This document shows, piece by piece, positions 50,213 through 57,903 of a stretch of 64,000 nt of DNA. The stretch is from assembly GCA_965238275.1 (NCBI GenBank), contig OZ250186.1:1152001-1216000 (forward strand). Direction: 5' to 3'. The notes under the pieces were generated by a model. It was not told where the DNA came from. It was given only the letters and a program-made list of their open reading frames with translations, and did not search any database. Source of the DNA: Nitrosopumilus sp. (GTDB lineage: Archaea > Thermoproteota > Nitrososphaeria > Nitrososphaerales > Nitrosopumilaceae). How positions within the stretch are numbered: the first letter of the stretch is position 1; the number at the start of each line of letters is the position of its first letter. Both the position numbers and the translations under genes were made by a program.

Positions 50213-52514
50213 GTAAGAGGTCGCCTTTGCGAAGCGATTCCGTGCCTGATTTGCCCCGATTAATTACCAACTGAGCTACGTTTTCGACCATAAATACCCG
50301 ATTTAATTGCACGTTATCAGTACGGTCCGCAGGCAGGACAGTTTTCAAATCAAGGCTCACCTGCCGGATCTTTTGCGCCGCATTTCCCGGCAGACGCTGC
50401 GTGTCCAAAAGCTTTATGGATCATGCCTTCCAGTGTTGTGGCATGGTGCCTGTAATCGACTTGGAAAAGATTGACTGGAACTCCGTAACCGACACAAAGT
50501 CCATCTTCGAATCCGTCCTTGCCATGCTCAAATCCCGGGACGAGGAGAGCGTGGCGCTGAGGAAAAACATCGAGCAGTTGAGGGAGGAGGCAGAGGCCTT
50601 CTCAGGGGAACGCGCGATGCTGACGGAGATGGATACCAGGATCAAACTGTTGGAAGAAGAGAACGTGCAAAAGGACTCCGAGATAGAACAAAAGGACTCC
50701 GAGATAGAACAAAAGGACTCCGAGATAGAACAAAAGGACTCCGAGATAGAACAAAAGGACTCCGAGATAGAGAATCTGGGAACAGATGTGGAGAATTTGA
50801 GTGCAGAGGTAGAGAAGCTGAGGGCAGAAAACGCCGCCCTCCTGCAGGGATGCGACGTCTCGCAGGCAGTCATGGACAGGATAGCCCGCCTGGAACGGCA
50901 GGCAGCCGAGCATGCCTCGCAGCTAAGGGAGGCGCGCGCGGCCAACTCGGCGCTGGCAGCAGAGAACCTGGACATCAAAAGCCGCCGCTCCAAGAGGCGG
51001 CTCCGGGAGTCGCCCGGGCCTGCGCCGGACCCGTTCAGGAAGGTCGTCTGCCTGCGCACCGGCCGGAACCCTCCCCCGATATCTGAAAAGAGGTTAGTCG
51101 ACCTGCACTCCTGCCCGCACGGCCACGCCCTCTCGACGGGGCCCACCGAGGTGACCTTCCGGGTAGTCGAGGAGATCATCGACGGGAAACTGACTGCCAT
51201 CCAATATACAGTCGTCCGCAGGTACTGCAGGGAATGCGGCAGGCAGTTTGCCCCCGAGATCCCCGGGGTCGTCCCAGGGGGGCGGTTCGGTGCCAGCCTG
51301 ACGTGCCTGGAGACTACCATGAGGATGCACGGCATCCCCTACGGCATCATCTGCAGTCTGATCAACATAATCCACCACGCAGGCCTTGCCAAGTCGACAG
51401 TCATCAGCCACGTGGACGCCGTTACGGGATCCCTCCACCCCCTCTACGAGGAGATGCTCGGGGAGATATTCTTCTCAGAGCATGTCTTTGGCGACGAGAC
51501 GAGCTGGAAGATAGCCGGGATACTGTACTGGCTGTGGGTGCTGGTAGGTGACGACTCGACTGTCTTTCACGTGGACAAGAGCCGGGGAGGCGACGTCCTG
51601 GTGTCGCTGCTTGGAGGGTACGGCGGCCACGTCACCTCCGACTCCCACGCCCCGTGGAACCGCATCGGCAAGACCCACCAAAAGTGCCACTACCACTACC
51701 TCCGCGAGATCCTCCGCACCCTGACCATGAAATCCCCCGGACCCGAATTCAAAAAGTTTGCCAAGGCCCTGAAGGGGATAATCATCGATTCATGGTACCC
51801 GGACAAGGGGCTTGACCCGGACGACGACAAGGCCGCGCGAAACCTCAAGGTGCGCAACCTCCAGGCCCGGGTGAGGCGCCTGATCTCGGGCAGCTACACA
51901 GACGCCCACTGCAAGAGGTTTGTCAAGCGGCTGCGGCGCGAGATCACCCACCTGTTCCCATTCATCCGCCTCAACACAAAGTGCCATAACAACGATGCCG
52001 AGCGTCCCCTGCGGCCCAGCGTCGCATCCCGGAAGGTCTCAGGCGGCAGCAAGAGCCTTGCCGGCGCATACAACCACGCCGTCCTGGCCACCGTCCGCGA
52101 GACGTGCAGGAGGCGCGGAGTCAACCCGCACGACTTTTTGGTCGACTATATGCACGGCCTCGTCGAAAAAATTCCGGCAGCAGCAGCAACAGTCGCATAA
52201 ATCCTGCAAAACCCGCCATCCTGACTGCCCCACGCAGACCCGTCGCGCCGGCAGTCTGGCGCATGTCAGGCTGCCGTACCGGCTGTCACCCGATCCCGGC
52301 ACAACTCAGCGCCCCGGCCGCGCCAAAAAAGGCCACTTCGCAAACCCGATCACCGGATCGGCCAAAACATAGCTCGGCCGGACCCTCCTCCCCGCCCGGA
52401 AAAAACCCAGAATAATGCCAATTAAATGGGCATTTACAGCCGAAAACGTAGCTCAGTTGGTAATTAATCGGGGCAGATCAGGCACGGAATCGCTTCGCAA
52501 AGGCGACCTCTTAC
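50213..52514 (+). mobile_element. IS66-family element, family A copy 4
   Basis: Long TIRs; 8-bp TSD GATTATCT (50205-50212 / 52515-52522). Confidence 0.95.
50401..52200 (+). CDS. IS66-family transposase (5 heptad repeats)
   Basis: Same motifs as the other family A copies. Confidence 0.92.
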   Translation: MSKSFMDHAFQCCGMVPVIDLEKIDWNSVTDTKSIFESVLAMLKSRDEESVALRKNIEQLREEAEAFSGERAMLTEMDTRIKLLEEENVQKDSEIEQKDSEIEQKDSEIEQKDSEIEQKDSEIENLGTDVENLSAEVEKLRAENAALLQGCDVSQAVMDRIARLERQAAEHASQLREARAANSALAAENLDIKSRRSKRRLRESPGPAPDPFRKVVCLRTGRNPPPISEKRLVDLHSCPHGHALSTGPTEVTFRVVEEIIDGKLTAIQYTVVRRYCRECGRQFAPEIPGVVPGGRFGASLTCLETTMRMHGIPYGIICSLINIIHHAGLAKSTVISHVDAVTGSLHPLYEEMLGEIFFSEHVFGDETSWKIAGILYWLWVLVGDDSTVFHVDKSRGGDVLVSLLGGYGGHVTSDSHAPWNRIGKTHQKCHYHYLREILRTLTMKSPGPEFKKFAKALKGIIIDSWYPDKGLDPDDDKAARNLKVRNLQARVRRLISGSYTDAHCKRFVKRLRREITHLFPFIRLNTKCHNNDAERPLRPSVASRKVSGGSKSLAGAYNHAVLATVRETCRRRGVNPHDFLVDYMHGLVEKIPAAAATVA

Positions 52515-52991
52515 GATTATCTTCGTCCTGTATGGGTTGGAGAGCACCGTGTCAAGGCCCCGATCCTCGGTCATGAGCCGGTACGTCTCCCTCCATACCG
52601 ACGACGACTCTATGACATATTTGGCACCGGCCGGAATCCTCCGCAGCGCGGCCCCGATGGCCTTGGGGGTGTTCGGGATGCTGCCGTTGAAGATCTCCCT
52701 GCCGTCGTCTTCCATTACGGCAATCTGGATCGTCTTCTTGTGCAGGTCGAGTCCCACGTATGTCATGCCGTCTCTTTTTTGGCTGATAATCTGTTTGTTC
52801 GGATTGCTTCGGGCTGAGTGCTTTACCGGGTATCGGGCGGCCGGTTCCTGCCGCCTGCCATCTGTATTGCTGGATCGTGTCACATATAGTTAGATGTGAT
52901 TCTGAACCCAAATTCATCCAATCAACGTGCATCAGATCACCCCATTTGGGCAGAGTCGAGAATCCCATCAAGCAAACTCCCAATACCTCCA

Positions 52992-53133
52992 CCACCCTAA
53001 GTTAACATTACGCCACCCTAAGTTAACACTCGATTTGATCCGGGGAAGCCAGTCTGGGATTGTAGAATATGCCACCCTAAGTTAACACCCTGCCCGGTCT
53101 GGGAAAAACACCCGAAGAATTAACAGAGTGCCA
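52992..53133. repeat. Direct repeats CCACCCTAAGTTAACA x3 plus GAATTAACAGAGTGCCAT
   Basis: Copies at 52992, 53013 and 53072. Confidence 0.85.
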
Positions 53134-53166
53134 TTCCATACAGTTTATTAAAAACAGATTGGAACA

Positions 53167-54342
53167 TTGTCCATGAATGAGCACGTCCGACAATACAACG
53201 GCCGCCGGCCAAAAACAGTCCACATACTGGACAGTACGCTCCGCGAGGGAGAGCAGCACCCAGGCGTGTCGTTTACCGCAAAGCAGCGCGCCCAGATAGC
53301 ATGGGAACTGGACTGTTTCGGCGTGGACCAGATAGAGATTGCGCCCGGCGTATCCCTAGATCATGCAAAGTCGCTAAAGACAATACTCTCGATGGGACTG
53401 CGCGCCGACATCGTGTCGCACGGACGGGCGATGAGATCCGACATAGACGTCTCGATTGACTGCGACGCAAAGTGGTGCGCCGCGTACCTGGGGATTTCCG
53501 AGATACACATGCGCGACAAGCTCAAGATAACGCGCGAGGAGGCCATGCAGAGGGCGGTGAGTTCGGTAGAATACGCCAAGTCGCACGGGTTGAAGATAAG
53601 GTTTACAATAGAGGACGGCAGCAGGGCGGATCCCGAGTTTGCCAAACATGTATGCAGGGAGATAGCATCGGCAGGCGTGGACCGCATAAGCCTGCCAGAC
53701 ACCGTGGGCGCTATGCTGCCGGGCGGCATGGCAGCGTTTGTTGCCATGGTAAGAAACGAAGTCGACGTGCCGCTTGACGTCCACACCCACAACGACATGG
53801 GGCTTGCGCTGGCAAACTCGCTTGCAGGCGTGGACGCGGGAGCCGACCAGATACACACCACGATAAACGGCATAGGGGAACGGAACGGAATACCGTCGCT
53901 GGCAGAAGCTGCCACGGTACTGTCCACGCTGTATGACACAAAGCCAAAATTCAGGCTTGACCAACTCTGCGATCTGTCAAGGCACATGGAAGTATACACT
54001 GGAATGCAGACGGCAGAAGACAAGCCGCTTGTCGGGGCGTCTGCGTACAAGCACAAGGCCGGCACGCACCTGGCCGCAGTGTTGCGCGCACCAGAGGCAT
54101 ACGAGATCGTCCCGCCCCAGACAGTCGGAAACTCCCGAAGGGTCGTGTTTGGCGGGCTGGCCGGAAAGACTGGCGCGGCGCACCTGCTGTCCGTGCTGGG
54201 AATAGAGGCAGACGACAAGCTGGCAAAGAGCGTGGCACACGCGCTAAAGTCGACTGGCAGGGGAGACATCATGGAGATGCCGCTGGAAGACAAGAAGAAG
54301 GTGGAGGTCCTGACAAAGAATGCGCGAGGCCACGCAGTCTGA
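53167..54342 (+). CDS. LeuA/homocitrate-synthase family DRE-TIM enzyme without regulatory domain (probable homocitrate synthase)
   Basis: LDSTLREGEQ, LPDTVG, HTHNDMGLA, GIGERNG, HKAGTH. Confidence 0.85.
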   Translation: MSMNEHVRQYNGRRPKTVHILDSTLREGEQHPGVSFTAKQRAQIAWELDCFGVDQIEIAPGVSLDHAKSLKTILSMGLRADIVSHGRAMRSDIDVSIDCDAKWCAAYLGISEIHMRDKLKITREEAMQRAVSSVEYAKSHGLKIRFTIEDGSRADPEFAKHVCREIASAGVDRISLPDTVGAMLPGGMAAFVAMVRNEVDVPLDVHTHNDMGLALANSLAGVDAGADQIHTTINGIGERNGIPSLAEAATVLSTLYDTKPKFRLDQLCDLSRHMEVYTGMQTAEDKPLVGASAYKHKAGTHLAAVLRAPEAYEIVPPQTVGNSRRVVFGGLAGKTGAAHLLSVLGIEADDKLAKSVAHALKSTGRGDIMEMPLEDKKKVEVLTKNARGHAV

Positions 54343-54667
54343 AATCACCAGCCTTGGCATTTCAGGCTATTCTTGCGATGGCCTGACATCCATGACGACG
54401 GCGCGTACAAGGCGCGCTTTACTTACCATGAATGCCCCATGTGTTCGAAAAAGACGATAATATACACAAAATGGGACGGACTTGACAGTACACCAGAGTC
54501 GTGTTGCCATAGCTGTGGTGAAATATTTAGTGGTTTGCCGAAACTGTAGAATTTTACACCAATTGTAAAGTTCCAAGCACAAGCATGTCAAAACGCCTAC
54601 TTTACAAAGTACTTATTGGCAATATGGGGCATAGATAACATCGGGATGCCCTCACAATGACAGTATC

Positions 54668-54955
54668 CTAGTCAGTGCCGCTATTACGAACTTTTTCTAC
54701 AAGCTGAATAGTCTTGAGACCAGAATGAATCTGTATATCGGCTATGTTCTGTAGCGTCTTGCTGATCCTCTCAGAATTGGGTCCGGCGTAAATGAACACA
54801 TCCCCGGATTTGATGGCATCTTTATCCTCGTCTGCGCCGAAGAACTTCATGCGCCCGTTTTTTTGATAGGCATATTTCAACGCGGCTTGGTAAATCTCGG
54901 TTTGTCTTATCTTCCCATCAACCTTCCTTGGTTTGCCTGTGACTGATTCGTCCAT
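54668..54955 (-). CDS. Hypothetical protein
   Basis: 95-aa ORF only. Confidence 0.4.
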   Translation of the reverse strand: MDESVTGKPRKVDGKIRQTEIYQAALKYAYQKNGRMKFFGADEDKDAIKSGDVFIYAGPNSERISKTLQNIADIQIHSGLKTIQLVEKVRNSGTD

Positions 54956-55106
54956 GTTGTCCCGCTGCTTGATGATGCCCTAGAGAATTGCGTATGTCCG
55001 CACTCCATCAGAATCCAGCCATGCGGGCGGTTCCACACGATGTTCTGCGTATGGTGATGGCGCTTACGCCTCCCGGGACAACCTAAAGGCATGCAGGGAG
55101 CACAAC

Positions 55107-55500
55107 ATGACCCCGCTCATCAAACTCAAGACAAGCTCCGCCCCAAAGGGAAAGGGCGCAGGCGACGTGTGGGGCGGGGCAATCCAGGACCCGTTTGGCG
55201 GCTCTTATCCCAATCGGGTAAAATGGCTGCCCGATGAGAAGAAGAAAAGTAATCAAAAGGAGTGGAAGGCCCGAGTCAGATACGGCAAGAGGTGGGTAGT
55301 GGGGATCGTGTTTTCCGCCTTCAAGAGAATGTTCGGGGGAACACCTGTACTCATTGAAATGGAAGAACATGATCCAGGAGGTCAATCTCAAAGTGGACGC
55401 CTACAACAGGCTGATAGACATGTGAGCAGGAGCAATGTAGAGTCGGATAGGCGAATCCGGTATAAGTTGTGGCAGAACAAGTTGAATTGTGCAACAGGGT
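55107..55500 (+). pseudogene. Frameshifted C-terminal remnant of an IS5 (IS903-like) transposase
   Basis: QKEWKARVRYGKRWVVGIVFSAFKRMFG matches the C-terminus of the 24991-26295 transposase. Confidence 0.7.
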
Positions 55501-55676
55501 ATGCTTGGGTAACATTTTTGGCTCTGTTCAAACATGGTGATCTGCTACACGGCGATCCATGCAGAACTTCCCACATGTACCCGGTGGCGTCAGGCAAGCA
55601 TCGCGCCCGCGTGGAATAACCTGCAATTTTCACGCCTCGTGCAGACTGGGCGTCGTCATGTTGGGGCCAAGGCGCG

Positions 55677-57035
55677 CTAAAGCAGCCCGCCTAGCCTGTC
55701 CTTGAGGTTCTGGCGGAAGTCCCCGTCGGGATCGCCTGACGCGTCGATGATGGCCTTTAACACCCTCTCGTTTCTTGATTCCACGTCTGCGCTCCTGGCA
55801 CCCTCCCTGGCGATTTTGGCCTTCAGGTCGTTGACCTCCTTCTTCAGTTCCTCCACCTGTGCCTTGCTTGCCTTCAACTCTTCTTCTGTCGCGCCGGCAG
55901 GTTCGGTATCCTCAACGCTAGAGGCAGCCTTGGAGAGTATGTTGATTACGTGCGACGCCTTGGCGTATTCCTTCCTCAACGTCTTCCCATCCAGCCTTAA
56001 ATAGGGGTCTTTGGACTTGTGGCCCAGAAAGTGGTCTGCGGCATGTGCATCACACCCGCACTCCACCATGGTGGTTTTCAGCAGATGGCGCGTCTCGTGT
56101 GAATGTATCTTGAGGGTGCGCAGACCCAGCTGCTTCTGCGTCTGGGCGTATTCGGCCAGATTTTTAAACTTGTCTGAAACCCACTCGATCGACATGGGCG
56201 CGTTTCTGGTGGTGAAGAATATCGGCCCGTCAGGATCGTGGGGACCGTGTTTTTCCTCCCTCCACGCCAGGTAATCCTTGATGGCCGACAGCGCGTCGCG
56301 GTCTATGAATGTGGTAAACACATAGTCCGTCTTTACCCGCATTATTTTGATGGGTATCGGGCACTTGTCCAGCGACCATTCCCTGTGGTTAATGGTGCCG
56401 CAGAATTTGGCTATCTGCGGGTGCGCGTGAAAATTGAACCTGTCCGCAAGCGTGCTCCTGTCAAGCCCTGCCTGGAACTTTACCAGCATCACGGCGCGCG
56501 TCAGGTGGTCTGTCTTGCCCACGGTCAGCATTTTGTAGAGTTCCGGCCGTGTCAGTTCGGGCGCGTCAGTGACTGCCTCCGTGTTTCTTTTACGCCCGTT
56601 AAACTTGACGTATGTCATCACGTCGTGCTTGTCAAAGTACGACTTTATCGCAGCGCACGTGCCTGTCATCGTGGGGCGTGTCTTGCCTTCGTGCATGGGA
56701 TCCATCAGGTGCTTGTTTATGATCTTCCTTACCTCCCTGGCGTTGCCGTTCTCGTCTTGCCCGAAGTAGAGCAGTTCCTCCACGTTGGCAAACGACTTTT
56801 GGACGCTCTCGTGGACTATCTTGCTGTCCCTTGCGACTGACACGCGCATGTCGAACTTGCGGCCTGCCAGCCACTCGTTGAATGTGGTCAGTTTGGACAG
56901 GTAGACGATCTTGGTGCTGGTGTAGATGCCTTTGCAATTAGTGACGCCGCTCTCGTTGAGTTGCCCCAGCCAGTCCACCACGGTCGGAAACTTGAGCATG
57001 TAGTCCGATCGCTTGCCTTTCTTCCACTTTGTCAT
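55677..57035 (-). CDS. Tyrosine recombinase/integrase
   Basis: AGLDRS (box I), RVKT, HSHETRH, FLGH..PYL; C-terminal coiled coil. Confidence 0.85.
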   Translation of the reverse strand: MTKWKKGKRSDYMLKFPTVVDWLGQLNESGVTNCKGIYTSTKIVYLSKLTTFNEWLAGRKFDMRVSVARDSKIVHESVQKSFANVEELLYFGQDENGNAREVRKIINKHLMDPMHEGKTRPTMTGTCAAIKSYFDKHDVMTYVKFNGRKRNTEAVTDAPELTRPELYKMLTVGKTDHLTRAVMLVKFQAGLDRSTLADRFNFHAHPQIAKFCGTINHREWSLDKCPIPIKIMRVKTDYVFTTFIDRDALSAIKDYLAWREEKHGPHDPDGPIFFTTRNAPMSIEWVSDKFKNLAEYAQTQKQLGLRTLKIHSHETRHLLKTTMVECGCDAHAADHFLGHKSKDPYLRLDGKTLRKEYAKASHVINILSKAASSVEDTEPAGATEEELKASKAQVEELKKEVNDLKAKIAREGARSADVESRNERVLKAIIDASGDPDGDFRQNLKDRLGGLL

Positions 57036-57070
57036 GCCTGGGGAGTCCCACTTTCCTTAAAAGGACAACC

Positions 57071-57187
57071 CAAAACCGCCTTGGAAACTATGAATAGACC
57101 GTTCAAAACCGCCTTGGAAACTATGAATAGACCGTTCAAAGCCGATTTGGGACCTAGAAATAGACCAGTCAAAACCAATATGGAAAT
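57071..57187. repeat. 33-bp tandem repeat (2 perfect, 1.5 degenerate) between integrase and wHTH gene
   Basis: CAAAACCGCCTTGGAAACTATGAATAGACCGTT at 57071 and 57104; variants at 57137 and 57170. Confidence 0.88.
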
Positions 57188-57226
57188 AGAGTTTTAAGGG
57201 AAATCGACGTTATTATATGATGTATA

Positions 57227-57610
57227 ATGGCCGATCAGCTCTTGGAATTTCGAAGGATAATCCAGTCAAGATCGTCGCCATCATCCCGCAAGCCGGACAA
57301 GCAAACCAGAAAGCTGCTCCTGTATCTGTTTACCAGTACCAGGGGGGGATTTACAAGAATGCGAATCATCATACTTTTGATTGACCGTCCCTACAACACC
57401 CACCAGCTTGCAAAGGAGCTTGGCATTGACTACAAGGCAGTCCAGCATCACATGAAGGTGCTTGAAAAGAACAACATGGTATCGAGGATCGGGGAAAAGT
57501 ACGGTGCGATATTCCACCTCTCAAACCTGCTTGAGACCAACATGGCCGCCCTTGATGAGGCAATCTACAAGCTTCACAAAAAAATGAATTACAAAAAAGT
57601 CTACATCTGA
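57227..57610 (+). CDS. ArsR-type winged-helix transcriptional regulator
   Basis: TRGGFTRMRII..PYNTHQLAKELGIDYKAVQHHMKVLEKNNMV..GEKYG. Confidence 0.88.
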   Translation: MADQLLEFRRIIQSRSSPSSRKPDKQTRKLLLYLFTSTRGGFTRMRIIILLIDRPYNTHQLAKELGIDYKAVQHHMKVLEKNNMVSRIGEKYGAIFHLSNLLETNMAALDEAIYKLHKKMNYKKVYI

Positions 57611-57903
57611 TGCCGCTGCACAACAACTGAGACACAACCGTTCAGGCATGTCCTTGCATGTGTTGGATTTTCCGGCATGCATCCAATCTGTTCCAGTATC
57701 TTCTGCGCTTCAAGTCGTCGGCACGGCCGCCCTACACCGACTCCTATCTGGCAGACTATATCCTCTGAGAATACCTGCCAGTCATTTGTCTTTGGCCGCA
57801 TGACAGGACTGACACCATGCACAGATAAGACAAGCAGGTGCCTGTTCCTTGATGATTCGGGTTCAATACAGTTCCACCGATTTTACAAAAGTCCCAAACC
57901 CAT

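Larger units (their letters stand above)
50067..52766 (-). pseudogene. IS110-family transposase, N-terminal DEDD (RuvC-like) domain only, interrupted by IS66
   Basis: YVGLDLHK, YVIESS, NPYRTKIIAESKKKTDKVDARILA; homology stops after YIAECHVP. Confidence 0.85.

Noticed and set aside
38091-52514. Composite transposon or inversion bounded by identical inverted IS66 copies
   Set aside because: Each copy has its own matching 8-bp TSD, so they are independent insertions with no rearrangement.
2614-57035. Integrated element bounded by tRNA-Leu att sites
   Set aside because: No repeat of the tRNA 3' end was found near the integrase or elsewhere in the window.
57071-57187. 33-bp repeats as a mini-CRISPR
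   Set aside because: Head-to-tail units with no unique spacers, and no cas genes in the window.
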